A stretch of 64,000 nt of DNA from Octopus sinensis (GCF_006345805.1 NC_043020.1:21700001-21764000), one strand, 5' to 3'; positions 34,600 through 48,765 are shown, counted from the stretch's first letter. Numbers and translations: made by a program. Notes: generated by a model not told the origin, from the letters alone.

Positions 34600-37500
34600 A
34601 TCAGCTCCAGAGCCAAACTGTGTATTTGAAATGCAAGCAAAATACACTTGTCTCCACCTTCAATGTGTGCATCCTCAGAAACCTAAATCAACTCCCTGAA
34701 CTTGTTGCCTCATCCATTAAGCACAAAATCAATGTTATCTGTGTGCAAGAACACAGGCTTTATCATGACAATGTTGAGCTGAAATACCGTGATGCTGGTA
34801 GAGGCTGGACTTTCATCTCAGCCTCAGCTTGGAAAAATTCTACCAATTTTACCATTGGCAGTGTAGGCATGCTACTAAGCCCACCTACCCTTAAATCTTT
34901 AAGCAGCATAATGAAAATTCATTCAAGAATAGTAATAGCCTCTTATCAAGGATATCCAGAAACATCACTCATACTCACCAACAAACACAACAGATGAAGA
35001 AGTGATTTCCAATTTTTAACTGGCTCTCTCTTTATCAGTGAGACAAATACCAAAGCATATAGTTCTCATAATTGGAGATGTTGAGAATACCCACATCAAA
35101 AAGTCTGAAGTCCACGAATATACATTCCACGCAACCATGACCAGAAATGGCCAATATCTAATTGAATTTATTCTTGAAAATCAATTAAAAACCAAAGCCT
35201 TAGTAAGTAGACAAATCACAAATCCTTTCAGGTGGGTGGCCCTGCTCAATCTGTAGAAAAGGTGTAGGTAGAAACTCCATAAGATGTATGTAGCATAAGC
35301 TATGGACACATAAGAGGTGCAGCAATATCAGAGGAAGGTTATCAGGGAAACTAGTTTTTGTGTGTGGAAGATGCACAAATACAATTAACACTAAAAATGT
35401 ACAGAAAATAGACTCCATCAAATTTGGGGTGTGGGGAGCTAGAAGTAGTTGATAGCTTTCATTATCTAGGTGACCAAGCTGATAGAGGAGTTGGATACTT
35501 TGAGAGTTTAGTTGCGAGAATAAGAATAGGCTGGGCAAAGTTCAGAGAGCTTCCACATCTGTTGGTAGGTAACAAAGGACATCTTCCTCAGAGTGAAAGA
35601 AATTGTATGATGTCTGTGTGAACAGCCATACTACACGACAATGAAACATGGGCTGTGACTGCTGAAGAAATGTGTAGGCTTGAAAGAAATGAAGCTATTA
35701 TGCTTCACTGGATGTGCAGTTTTAGTGTTCATATATGACAGAGTGTAAGTGTCTTAAGAGAAAAGTTGGGCATAAGAGACAAGATGTGGTGTGCATGAGA
35801 GACAACTATGTTGGTATGGTCATGTAATGCATATGGACGTGGACAGCTGTGTGAAGAAGTGCCAATCTCTAACAGTAGAGGGAAGCTGTAGAAGAGGAAG
35901 TTCAAATGTTGGGCCTCACGGAGGCAATGACTATTGACCTAAACCTTTGGTGATGTGCCATGCTTGAGAAGACATGTCAAGCTAAGTGAAATCATTGTTG
36001 TTGGTGTGACATAACTGGTACCCATGCCAGTGGCATGTAAAAAGCATTTTTCAAGTATTGGGCCTCACGGAGGCAATGACAAATGACTGAAACCTTTGGC
36101 AATATGCTGTGCTTGAGAAGAAGACCCATCAAGCCAAGTGAAATCATTGTTGTAGCAGATATTATGGTGTTACACAATGGGCACCTGATATTGGTTTCAC
36201 ACAAAAGCACTCTCAGAGTGGTTGGCATTAGGAAGGACATTCAGCTGTAGAAACCATGCCAAATCAGACTAGAGTCTGGTGTAACCCCTCAGCTTACCAG
36301 CTCTTGTCAAACTATTCAACCTATGCTAGCATGGACAACGGATGTTAAATGATGGTGATGATGAAATGCAAAAGTCATAAGAAATCCTCAAAGCTATGCA
36401 AATGATACAAATGCCCAACTAGATTATATGCTAATCAACAAGAAATGGAGGAATGGCACCTTAAACACAGTCTTACAATACTTTTGAAGGAGTAGGCAAT
36501 GATTACAAAATTGTCACATCAAAATTTCACTTTGGTCTTAGAGCTTACAAAACCAAATCAGCCTCTAGAGCTGTATATGACTAGTCAGTTTTAACCAACA
36601 ACAGAGATATCCACCACTGCAGTTAGAAACAGATTTGAGCTACTACAAAATGAACATGAAGAAAATTCCTCCAACACAACATACAATAATTTTGTAATGT
36701 CCTACACAGATGTTGCAAAAGAGAGCGTAGTCATAAAACCAAAAACTTATTTCCCCTGGGATGACCAAGTGATAATGAACAAGAGAAAACACCTCAAAGA
36801 AGTTGCTCAAGCTAAACTTATACATCCAAGTCCTTCAGATGAAGTCAATTTCAAAAACCACAGAAAGAACTACTAGACCTATATCAATCTCAGCAAGAAA
36901 GCTAAATAAACTGAATTAAACAAGTTGCAACAAACAAGCAGACATTACTAGCTAAAAAGAGTCCACAGGAACACATAGAAAAGTGGAGGGATCATTTTTA
37001 AAATTTGTTTGGGAACATGCCTTCAATTTCTGATACAGCTGTAACTCCAACCATTGACCACACTTTTGATTTCACCATTGATGAATTGAAAGAACTGAAA
37101 GACATGAAAAAGCAAAAGGCTGCTGGACTAGATAACATTCCACCTGAAGTCTGAAAAATAGAAATCAATGATATGTTAGGCTTCTGCAATACAGTCTACA
37201 ATGGAAGTAACACTGGCAAATGGACAGAAGGCTGTATACTCTCATTTCCAAAGAAAAGCAATTGGATCTTGCAAAGAGCTGTATCACTCATACAGCTATT
37301 ACTGCAAAAATTTATAATTTACTCCTACTCAACAGGACAGAATCAGAAATTAAGAAAATGTTCAGAAGAAATCAAAATGGCTTCAAAAAATAGATCAACA
37401 GTCAGACTTACTAGGAGTAAAAGCCAACAATCTTGAAGCAGTATGACTGTTTGTTGATTTCTCAAAAGCTTTTGAATTCATCCACCATGGTAAAATGGTA

Positions 37501-37960
37501 AAAATACTACTTCCATGAAGAAACAACAGAAGTAATTATCATGTTCTATAACACCAAATCAATGGTAAGATCCCTAGATGGAGATACAAATGTCTTTGGT
37601 GTCAAAGCTGGAGTAATCTGGAGTAACACACTGCTACCTTTTCTCTTCATGATCACTTTGGATTACGTCCTCAGAATATCACCTGACAACCTAAACAGCC
37701 TTGGTTTCACGTTCATGATTGATTGATTGGACATCAAGTTCAGAAAATAATTGATCTAGACTATGCTGATGATTTATCCCTGCTCTTTAACACAATATCA
37801 AGCTCCATCCAGTTACTTCATAGACTAGAATTAGCCGCACAAGATGTTGGCGTATTTGTTAATCTTAGTAAAACCAAGTTCATTCTCACAATCAATAAAG
37901 ATCATCAGAGAAGATCCCATCAGTCAAGTTGATGATTTCACATACCTCAGTTTTGAGACA
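34600..37960 (+). mobile_element. Second RTE-like LINE (family B), decayed and interrupted by a family A insertion
   Basis: STFNV..L, VICVQEHRL and WTFISASAWKNS. After the insertion it resumes with AQLDYMLINKKW, KAAGLDNIPPEV, LFVDFSKAF, DLDYADDLSLL and VDDFTYL. Confidence 0.8.
35188..36363 (+). mobile_element. 5'-truncated RTE family A copy nested in family B
   Basis: Begins at KTK(A)LVS, carries the Cys/His finger, a duplicated ORF-end segment (~35905-36150), the conserved tail and gatggtgatgatg. Confidence 0.85.
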
Positions 37961-39053
37961 GCTTTAACTGAATAAGGTTTGAGATGCTAGGAGGAGTTGG
38001 TTTGCAATTATGAAGAATACCTTTCATTTCTATTTGGATCCAGCAAAGGAAGTTAGATGCTGCAAAAGAGTAATTGCTTCATTAACAGTGCTGTATATTC
38101 AGCAAGAATGCTTTCCTGTTGAGAATGGAAATGTGACTTCAGTGAAATCTAATCTACCTCTGGTCTCTTGTTTATGCCTCTCTAAATAACTAGAAGAAAT
38201 GTGGAAGTTTCAAGGATGTTGTAGTTAGTGTTCATATATGGCATAATATCACTGCAAACTGATTGGATGATAATCAGGACAGACAAAAGCATAAGATCAA
38301 TTCTAGACCTTGCTACAGTGTAAAAGCTTTTCACAGACCGAACCAGCACCATAAGCCCACCTTTTCTGGCACCACTAGACTTTCCCTCTCTTCTGCAACC
38401 AACACCATTATTTTCAATAGTTCTCAAAGTCTCTTTCCAGATGTCCTGTTGTCGATTTTCCATGTTTCTTTTCATAGTTTTTTTTCATTTTTCTAGCCAT
38501 CAAGTTAGCACAGAAATATAAATAAATGATGTGCTGCTTTTAATAGAGTTAACATTCCCTTACCCCCAAAATGGAAAATTATTTCCACTAGAGATTAAGG
38601 GTTCAGAATTTATATCTGTGAAGCTTTGGGAATCCAACACTCTTCGGCTCATGATACCTGGAAACACTCTGCACCCCAACACACACCACTTCTACAAAGC
38701 TTAATCAACAAATCTCCATTTCTCAAAGTGCACTAAGTATATCTTCCTTAGACTTCCAGTAAAACATTGAATGTGATATCAATTACAGATGCACATACAG
38801 ACGTGTGTGTATGTGTGTGTAAAATAATTAATAGTGACAGGCAATCTTGATATCTGACCTAACACGTAGGTTCTATTAAAACACAGAATATAGCTGTAGC
38901 ATAGTTCTCATCTGTCAATGCTATAAATATAAGTGCTTAAATATAAGTGCTTTTATGCACCATGAGTCCATATGAGAGGCCCTCTGAAGGTAAATAATGC
39001 AGTATTCTATGTTAAGTCAGAGATGAAAATTGCTCCCTCTCTATATAGATGTG

Positions 39054-39088
<35 letters not shown>

Positions 39089-39096
39089 CAAAGGCA

Positions 39097-39294
39097 TGCT
39101 GAAACGTTCTTGGTTTTAAGGGTGTCATGAAAGGCCTGGTCGGATTTCTGAGTTCTTTATAGGGCATAGAAAAACTGAAGGACCATGCAATAAGTGTGTG
39201 AATCTGAGTGGGGAATATGTTGTATAAAATCATAATTAATAACCAGTCCTACAGTAATTTTTTCTTTTACCCAAAACCAGGAACTTTTCAGCAC
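39097..39294. mobile_element. Small MITE-like element
   Basis: gctgaaacgttcttggttttaagggt (~39097-39122) is mirrored by acccaaaaccaggaacttttcagc (~39270-39293). Confidence 0.55.
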
Positions 39295-39325
39295 CACTCA
39301 TATATATGTGTGTGTGTGTATGTGA

Positions 39326-39622
39326 GGAGGTGCAAAGGCCCAGTGGTTAGGGCAGTGGACTCGCGGTTGGAGGATCATGGTTTCGATTCCCAGACTGGGC
39401 GTTGTGTGTGTTTATTGAGTGAAAACACCTAAAGTTCCATGAGGCTCAAGCAGGGGGTGGTGGCGACCCCTGTTGTATTCATTCGCCCCAACTTTCTCTC
39501 ACTCTTTCTTCCTGTTTCTTGAGTAAAGCTGCAATGGACTGGCATCCCGTCTAGTTGGGGGGAACACATACACCATGGAAACCAGGCCCATGAGCCTGGC
39601 TAGGCTTGAAAAGGGTGAATAA
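39326..39622 (+). mobile_element. tRNA-derived SINE with a V-like domain
   Basis: ggcccagtggttagggc A box, ggtttcgattccc B box, gctgcaatggactggcatcccgtc core and an aataaataat tail. Confidence 0.75.
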
Positions 39623-40149
39623 ATAATATATATATATATATATATAAACCCCTTATTAGTTCTTTTCATTATTCTGTCTATTTCAGTACCATGTCATCAT
39701 GTAAATATAGTTTCAATAGTTTCATCTTCCTTGTTATTGCCTTAAGATAACCTTAGTTCACACATATCCTTAACCGCAACATATTCATTCATTCATCTAT
39801 TAAAGTTTATCACAGTCATTTTTCTCTAATTTTGTCTTAGATTGGCACTCAGATTCCTCGATTCTATTTTACTATTATCAACATTTGCTGTCTCGTTAAA
39901 TTAACTATGCCACACAAATCCCAAAGGAATATTTTTCTCCCTCGTGTTCTGACCACCACTACCCCCTCTCTCTCTCTCTCCCTTGGCCTCACTCTGTCTG
40001 TGTCTCTCTCTCTTTTGATTACCACTCGCCTCACCAAGACTTCCTCCACCACCACCACCACCACCACCACCACCACCACCCAATATAAACTAGCGCACGC
40101 ACTCGGATTCCCCTACTTGATTGTTAATATCTTCGCCGAAAGAATATGT

Positions 40150-43100
40150 ATCCAGAAGATGCTCTCATCCAAATTTGCTAGTTCACAGTATGCCTGCCCT
40201 CCCACCCCCTCCACCTGTACTGGACATCCCTATGCTTTGTCATTTTTTGATCGTCTCCCATGAGCTCTTCTAAAGGCTTTATGCCATACCCACCCCTATG
40301 TAAGGTAGTGATCATATAGTGCAAAAATATGATAGTGTAGTGTATGCAGGTTGAACTGAAGGCTATTGTTTGTTTATAAATTCTACCAAATGCTAGCTCT
40401 CTTTTCAAGTACATGACGCTGCTGTCTCCCATCTCAAGGTCCCATATCTTCCACACCCTCAGGGTTGGCACTTTCAACGTCAGCACACTGAAAAGGTAGG
40501 TCTGTTGAGATGCTTGAACGGAGATGTGTCGATATGTGCAGCATCCAAGAAGTAAGGTGGAGAGGAGGTTCCGCTAGGTTCCTCACAGGCAAAGAACAGA
40601 GGTACAAGATTTTCTGGGCAGGGAACAGTGACAGGGTCGGGGTGTGGGTATACTTCTTACAGAGAAATGGGTGGATAAGGTAATGCGACAGAATACTTAA
40701 GATTAGATTAGTGCTTCATCATGGGTTAGCAACCATTATCTCAGCCTATGCTCCTCAGCTGGGGCTACCTGATGGTCAGAAAGACCGATTCTATGACACC
40801 CTCTTGCAGACTACCGCATTGATGAATGACAGAGACCTTCTCTTTGTGGCTTGTGACTTCAATGGACATAGGGGGCTTCCATGGTGTACATCGAGGCTAC
40901 GGTTTTGGTTCCCGCAATGAGGAGGGAACCAGGCTGCTGGAGTTCTGTGATGCAAATAATCTTATGGTTTGCAATACTACCTTCAGAAAACCTGCCAGTC
41001 ACCTACTGTTCTGGCAGACACACTAGCCAAATTGACTACATCCTCACCAGAAAAAGGTAAAGATGGCTGCTTATAAATACCAAAACCTTCCCAGGTGAAG
41101 AATGTACCCCACAATTTAGACTGGTAGTTAGTGACTTCAGGATCAGGGCTAAGTGGATACCCAGAAGACGACCAGCATGGAGGAGAAGGGTCTGGAAGCT
41201 TAAAGATCCTGCGAATAGACAGAGATTAAGAGACATATTACTCGAAGCCTTTGACGAAATAGAAGGGGATATAGCTTCACATGATGTAGAAGACAACTGG
41301 AGATTTCTACAGAACAACCTGCTGAGGGCCACTGACCAGATCTGTAGATGGTGCAAAGTCCCCACTCAACCCAAAATAATGTGGTGGTGGAACAATGTTG
41401 TTGACAGGGCTATTAGAGAAAAGAAACAGGACTGGAAGAACAGTGGTAGCAGGAAATTGTATCAGACTGCCAGAAGGGAAGCTAGGAGGCAGGTTTATTT
41501 AGCCAGAGGGGAAGCAGATAAGAAAAAATTTGCCAATGTTCTGTGCTCTGAGGACCAAAGACTTGAGATATTTCATGTTGCAAGATAGTGTGTGAGAGAG
41601 AATCGTGATGTTGTAGGAGAGAAATGTATCCGCATGGATGATGGTTCACTTGCACTAAACGAAGTTGCAAAGAGAGAGGCTTGGAGACGCCACTGTGAAA
41701 GGTTGCTGAATAAAGAAAATGAATGGGAGAAAGAGTCTTCCGAATGTCGACCCAACAGAGGGACCAGCTATCCGAGTTGACAGTACCTTGGTAGATAAAG
41801 AAATTAAGAGTATGAAGACACGGAAAGCCCCCGGCCATCAGGAATCACTGCAGAGATGTTCAAAACATCTGGCGGTGTTGGCTATAGCCTAGTCACCCAT
41901 ATAGTTAACCAGGTGATACACAAAGGAGTCATACCCAATGACTGGTGTAGCAGCACTATAGTCAACTGCTACAAAGGTAAAGGTGATGCTTTCGATACAA
42001 ATAATTACAGAGGTATCAAGTTGTTGGATCAAGTAATGAATTTCATGGAGAGGGTCATAGCCCAACTAATTAGGGAGAGAGTCAGTTTAGATGAGATGCA
42101 GTTTGGTTTCATGCCAGGGAAAAGCACCACTGATGCTATATTTCTGGTAAGACAGCTGCAGGAGAAGTACCTAGCCAAAGATAAACCTTTGTACCTGGCT
42201 TTTGTTGGTCCCCTGATCCCTTATCTGGTGGTCAATGAGAAAACTAGAGATAGCTGAGTGGTTAGTGACAGCTGTACAAGCCACATACAGGGATGCTGTC
42301 AGTAAGGTGAGGTTTGGCAACGAGTACAGTGAAGAATTGCTGGTAGGTGTAGGGATCCACAAAAGATCAGTCCTCAGCGCCCTCTTATTCATCATAGTCC
42401 TCCAGGCAATAACAGGGGAATTCAAGACAGGATGCTCCTAGGAGCTTCTCTATGCTAATGACCTTGCTCTAATAGCTCAGTCACTATCAGAACTAGAGAA
42501 GTTTCAGGTGTGGAAGCAGGGCCTAGAATTGAAGTCAATCTAGCAAAAACCAAAGTCTTAATAAGTAGGAAGGCAAACAAACCACAAATCCTTTCAGGTA
42601 GATGTTCCTACTTGATCTGTAGAAAAGGCATAGGTAGAAACTCCATAAGATGTACCCGGTGTAAGCTATGGGCACATAAAAGGTGCAACAATATCAAAGG
42701 AAGGCTAACTGGGAAGATAATTTTTGTGTGTGGTGAATGCTGAGGGGCAATAAACACTAAAAATGTGCTGAAAACAGCTTCCGTCACATTCTAGCAGGAA
42801 AAACTAGAAGTAGTTGATAGCTTCCGTTACTGAGGTGACCAAGTCAGGAGTGAATGCTCTGAGAGTGTAGTTACTAGAATAAGAATATCCTGGGCAAAGT
42901 TCAGAGAGCTCCTACCTCTGCTGGCAACAAAGGCCTCTCTCTCAGAGTAAAAGGTAGACTGTATGACGCATGTGTGTGAACAGCCATGCTACATGACAGT
43001 GAAACATAGGCCGTGACTGCTGAGGACATGCGTAAACTTGCAAGGAATGAAGCTAGTATGCTCTGCTGGATGTGTAATGTCAGTGTGCATACACAACAGA

Positions 43101-43903
43101 GTGTAAGCACCCTGAGAGAAAAGTTGGACATAAGAAGCGTTAGATGTGGTGTGCAAAAGAGATGATTGTGCTGGTATGGTCATGTGTTGCATACGGATGA
43201 AGACAGCTGTGTGAAAAAGTGTCACGCTCTAGCAGTTGAGGGAACCTGTGGAAGAGATAGACCCAAGAAGACCTGGTTTGAGGTGGTGAAGCACGACCTT
43301 TGAATGTTGGGCCTCACGGAGGCAATGACAAGTAACTGAGACCTTTGGAGATATGTTGTGCTTGAGAAGACCCAGCAAGCCAAGTGAGACTGTAACCATG
43401 GCCTATGCCAGTGTAGCATAACCAGCTCATTTAGAGTACTCTTCAATCATTGGTCAATAAACTGTGCTCGCAGAGACCTGTTGAGTCAAGTGAAGTCATT
43501 GTCATGGCCGATGACAGTACCACCTGATTGGCACGTAAAAAGCACCATTCAAACATGATCATTGCCAGTGCCGCCTGACTGGCTCCCGTGCCAGTGTCAT
43601 CTAAAAAGCACCATTTGAGTGTGGTCGATGCCAGTGCTGGCTGACCAGTCCTATACTAGTGGCACAGAAAAAGCACTATTCGAGCGTATTGTTGCCAGTT
43701 CCGCCTGACTGGCTCCCATACCGGTGGCACGTAAAAAGCACCCATTACACTCTTGGAGTGGTTGGCATTAGGAAGGGCATCAAGCTGTAGAAACTTTGCC
43801 AAATCAGATTGGAACCTGGTGAAGCCTTCTGGCTTGTGAGCCCTCAGTCAAACTGTCCAACCCATGCCAGCATGGAAAGCAGACGTTAAACAATGATGAT
43901 GAT
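40150..43903 (+). mobile_element. RTE family A, near full length, heavily mutated
   Basis: Colinear with 190-4205 from the 5' UTR through EN, RT and finger (42603-42740) to the 3' array (43500-43745) and (GAT)n tail; many stops and frameshifts. Confidence 0.93.
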
Positions 43904-43908
43904 ATTTA

Positions 43909-44759
43909 TACAGCGTGTTCAGGCTGAATTTGCTGATTTTTTTTGTCTCTTTTTTTTTTTTTTTTTTTTTTTTCAGAAACAGTTTGATGTAATTGGTGAA
44001 CAGTCAGTGGTATTGAAGAGCATAAAGATTAAAATTGTAGTTGCGAAAATGTTAGTGGAGATGGAGAACATCTGAATATTGGAGATGAGTTACCTGTATC
44101 ATGAGGATTCATGTTTGGTATCAAAATTCCCACATCATGACTGCTACTCAAATCTCTGTGAACACTGTAAAGACTGTAACACATGACATAAACAGCTGCA
44201 GCAGAGACAATGAAACTGTGGTGAGCAGGAAGGGATACAGTAGGCATGCTGATGATGTCTGCATGCCAGAATTTATCCCCACATCTTTCAATAGGGCCTT
44301 AGGCTCAGTTCAGATGGCTACATGAAGCCATTAGAGATTGTGGTCAAAACCTGGCTGGTGAGGGTTGCTGCTAGAAGGCCATATATGTGACAGCAGTATT
44401 TGGCTTCTTGTCATATAACTGGAAAGAGTCTGAAGTAGTTGTTGGAGAATTTCTATGACTTCACCAGCCTCAATTTCTGATCTCCTAATTCTTGAGAAAG
44501 ACAAACTACTCTATCAGCAACTCCAAAGTCAAGCTGGAAGCCAAGATTAAGGTATTCAAAGATCTTCCCAGGAACATGGGAATGAATGCATCAGGTTCTG
44601 GAGTCATCTTGAAGCTGTGATGGGAGCTGAGGGTGGCTACTTTGAGTAAAATGTAGCCATAATGTAGTTGATATTTTTTGATTAAAAAAAAAAATATTAG
44701 ATCAGGTATTGATTTCTTTCCCTTTTGTGCAAACTGTCAAATTTAGCCCTGTACATGTA
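43909..44759 (+). mobile_element. Tc1/mariner element of maT (DD37D)-like type, internally deleted
   Basis: TA-cagcgtgttcaggctgaatttg and a degenerate mirrored end caaatttagccctgtacatgta. Transposase remnants read IVVKTWLVRVAARRPY, ENFYDFTSLNF*SPNS and LEAVMGAEGGYFE*. Confidence 0.7.
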
Positions 44760-44784
44760 ATTATATATATAGAGGTATGACTGT

Positions 44785-45095
44785 ATTGCAAGAAGCTTGC
44801 TTCCCAAACTACATGGTTTCAGATTCAGCTCAACTGCATGGCAGTCCATGGTTGACCAAAGCTCATGAGAGGATTTGGTAGATGGAAACTGAAAGAGGCC
44901 TATTATGTATATATATATGTTTTTTGTTTGTTCCTCATCACTGCTTGACAACTAATGTTGGTTTGTTTACATCTTCATAACCTAGTGGTTCAGTAAAAAA
45001 AAAAGACCAATAGCATAAGTACCAGAACTGGAAATAAGCACTGGGATTGGTTTGTCTCAGCTTGGCTGCAGTTCAATGACTGAAACAAGTAGATA
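44785..45095 (+). mobile_element. Degenerate tRNA-derived SINE
   Basis: agcttgcttcccaaactacatggtttcagattcag...gatttggtagatggaaactgaaag...caatgactgaaacaagt; reverse complement of the 32860-33305 family. Confidence 0.65.
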
Positions 45096-45236
45096 TAAAT
45101 ACACACACACATACATAAACTATATATGTAGCTATATCTATATAACAAACGAAGGGAAAAAAACGATTCCTTCAAAGGGGTGTAAAACATTGAATTCACT
45201 GGTATGAATACCACAAAAGTAGGGGTATAAATACAA

Positions 45237-45613
45237 ATTACAAATAATAAATTAAATAGAGAAATACAATAGACAATCTAACAATTTATTACATTATGAT
45301 ATAATATAATATACTATAAAATATAATATAATATAAGATAAGGTAATATAACCTTTTTTTTTTAAAGAACCAAATAAAGCCAACAATTTGTTTCAACTTG
45401 TATACAATATTTGATTTATAAACAATTCATATCTATATATACAAGTTTCTTCAGGGCCTTGTATACATGGATATGAATTGCTTATAAATCAAATAATGTA
45501 TATAAGTTGAAACAATTATCTTATGTTATATTTTAATAGTATATTATATATTATAATGTAATAAATTGTTAGACTGTCAATTGTATTTCTCTATTTAATT
45601 TATTATTTGTAAT
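45237..45613. repeat. AT-rich foldback (inverted repeat, ~180-bp arms)
   Basis: attacaaataataaattaaatagagaaatacaat is mirrored by attgtatttctctatttaatttattatttgtaat; the inner ttgtttcaactt and aagttgaaacaa pair is also mirrored. Confidence 0.8.
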
Positions 45614-45617
45614 ATAT

Positions 45618-47020
45618 ATCATCATCATCATTTAATGTCCGTTTTCCATGCTGAGATGGGTTGGACTGTTTGACTGGGGTCTGGGAAGCCAGGAGGCTGC
45701 ACCAGGTCCCAATCTGATCTGGCAGTGTTTCTACAGCTGGATGCCCTTCCTAATGCCAACGACTCCAAGAGTGTAGTGGGTGCTTTTTACGTGCCACCGG
45801 CACAGGGGCCAGAGGGAGCTTGCAGTGACCACAATTGGATGGTGCTTTTTATATGCCACCAGCATGGAAGCCAGTCAAGGCGGCACTGGCATCAGCCACA
45901 TTCGGCTGGTGCTTTTTACGTGTCACTGGCACGAGGGTCACAGCTACAATTTCCATTTGATTGTAATTTGATTTTGATATTGATGTTGATGTACTTGACT
46001 CAATAGGTCTCCTTTTGAGTGGGCTGATTATGTGATGCTGGTGTAGGTTACAGCTGTGAACTCACTTTATTTGCCGGGTCTTCTCAGTCACAGCATATCT
46101 CCAGAAGTCTCAGTCTTTTGTCATTGCCTCTGTGAGGCCCAACGTTAGAAGATCATGCTTCACCACCTCATCTCATGTCTTCTTGAGTCTCCCTCTACCC
46201 CAGATTCCTTCCACTGATTGGGAGTGGTACTTCTTCACACAGCTCTCCTTGTCCATCTACAGTACATGACCATACCAACACTAACATCTCTCTTGCATGC
46301 CACATCCAATGATTCTTATGTCTAACATTTCTCTCAGGGTACTTACACTCTGTCGTGTGTGCGCACTGACCTGACATTACATATCCAGCAGATCATGCTA
46401 GCTTCATTTCTTTTGAGCTTACGCATGTCTTCAGCAGTCACGGTCCATGTTTCATTGCCATGAAGCATGGCTGTTCACACACATGCATTGTACAATCTAC
46501 CTTTCACTCTGAGCAAGAGGTCATTTGTCACCAGTAGGGGTGGAAGCTTTCTGAACTTTGCCCAGGCTTTTCTTATTCTAGTGGTAACACTCTCTGAGCA
46601 CCCACCCCCACTACAGACTTGGTCACCTAGGTAGCAGAAGCTATCAACTACTTCTAGTTTCTTCCCCTGGCATGTGATGGAATCTGTTTTCTGAGCACCT
46701 GTGGTGTTTATTGCCCCTGTGCATCTGCTGCACACGAAAGCTATCTTCCCAGTTAATCTTCCTTTGATGTTGCTGCACCTCTTATGTGTCCATAGCTTAC
46801 AGTGGGTACATCTTATGGAGTTTCTACCTACACCTTTTCTACAGGTCGAGCAGGGCCACCTACCTGAAGGGGTGTGTAATATGTTTGCCCTTCTAGTTAC
46901 TAGAACTTTGGTCTTTGCAGCATTGACTCTAAGGCCCTTCAATTCTAAACCTTGCTTCCACACTTGAAATTTTTTCGCTAGTTCTGCTAGTGATTCTGCT
47001 ATGAGGGCCCGGTTTTCATT
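45618..47020 (-). mobile_element. 5'-truncated RTE family A copy
   Basis: (ATC)n tail at 45618 and ORF 46475-46963 with an intact CSTC...CTHC KLWTHKRC...CSRC finger. Confidence 0.92.
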
Positions 47021-47207
47021 CTCATACTTGCCATGATTCCTCCAGTGATAAAAGTTTTATAAGCCTGTCTCTCTCTTTGCCTCACTAGTGTCTTCTTACT
47101 GCTATTTCCTGAGGTGAAACTAGCCATTTATTTGACCACTTCCAGCTGTAGATTATATAAAGAACCCTTCACACACAGTTTTCCAAACTTTCATATTGCT
47201 TGCTTCT

Positions 47208-48752
47208 GGTAAGACAGCTGCAGGAGAAATATATAGCCAAAGATAAAGCTCTGTACTTGGAGAAAGCCTTTGACAGGGTCCTCCGATCCCTTATCTGGTG
47301 GACAATGTGGAAACTAGGGATAGACAAATGGTTCATGAGAGCTGTACAAGGACATTACCAGTGAAGTGAGGATTGGCAATGAGTGAAGAATTCAGTGTAC
47401 AAGTAGGGGTTCATCATAGATTGGTTCCCAGCCCCTTCTTATTCATCATATTCCTTTAGGAAATAACAGATGAATTTCAGACAGGCAACCCCTGGGACCT
47501 ACTCTATGTTGATGATCTTGTTCTTATAGCTGAATCATTACCAGAACTAGAAAAGTTTCAGGTACGGAAGTAAAGTCTAGAACTGAAAGGCCTTAGAGTT
47601 AACCTAGCAAAAACCAGTCTTAGTAAGTAGGAAGGCAGACAAATCACAAATCTCATCAGGTGGATGGCTCTGCTCAATCTGTAGAAAAAGTGTAGGTAGA
47701 AATTCCTTAAGATGTACCTAGTGTAAGCTATGGACACATAAGAGATGCAACAAGATCAGAGGAAGATTAACAGAGAAAATAGCTTTTGTGTGTGGAAGAT
47801 GCACAGGTACAATAAGCACCAAAAATGTACAGAAAATAGACTCCATCAACTGCTAGGTGACCAAGTTAGTAACGAAGGTGGATGCTCTGAGAGTGTAGTT
47901 GCGAGAATAAGAATAGGCTGGGCAAAGTTCAGAGAGCTCCTACCTCTGCTGGTAACAAAGGGTCTCTCCCTCAGAGTGAAAGGCAGATTGTATGATGCCT
48001 GTGTGCGAACAGCTATGCTATATGGCAGTGAAACACGGGCTGTGACAGCCGAGGATATGCATAGGCTTGAAAGAAATGGAGCCTGTATGCTTCGCTGGAT
48101 GTGCAATGTCAGTGTGCATGTTCGACAGAGTGTAAGCAACTGGAGAGAAAAGTTGGGCATAAGATGTGGTGTGCAAGAGAGACAACTGCGCTGGTATGGT
48201 CATGTGATGCATATGGATGAAGACAGCTGTGTAAAGAAGTGGCAATCTCTAACTGTGGAGGGAACCTGAGGTAGACATGGGATGAGGTGATGAAGTATAT
48301 CTTCAAACTTTGGGCCTTTTAGAGGCAATATGCTGTTTGAGAAGACCTATCAAGCAAGTGAAATAATAGTCATGGCTGATGCTGGTGTTACTTAACTGGC
48401 ACATAAAGAGCACCTTTTGAGCATTGGGCTTCATGGAGGCAAAGTAGCTGACGCTGGTGGCATGTGAAAAGCTCCTCTTGAGTGTTGGGCCTTATGAATG
48501 ACAGATCTGGCATTATGTTGTGCTTGAGAAGACCCATCAAGCCAAGTAAAATCGCATTGCTGGCAGATACTGGTGTCACACAAAAGGCACCCATGCTGGT
48601 GGAATGTAAAAGCACCCATTACACTCTTGGAGTGGTTGGCGTTAGGAAGAGCATCCTGTCGTAGAGACCATGCCAAATCCGATTGGAATCTGGAGCAGCC
48701 CTCCAACTCTAGTCAAACCATCCAACCATGAACAATGGGCGTTAAATGATGA
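47208..48752 (+). mobile_element. 5'-truncated RTE family A copy
   Basis: Starts at LVRQLQEKY; includes LYVDD, the finger at 47671-47802, LRWYGHVMHM, a short 3' array and an aaatgatgat tail. Confidence 0.9.
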
Positions 48753-48765
48753 TAATATATATATA

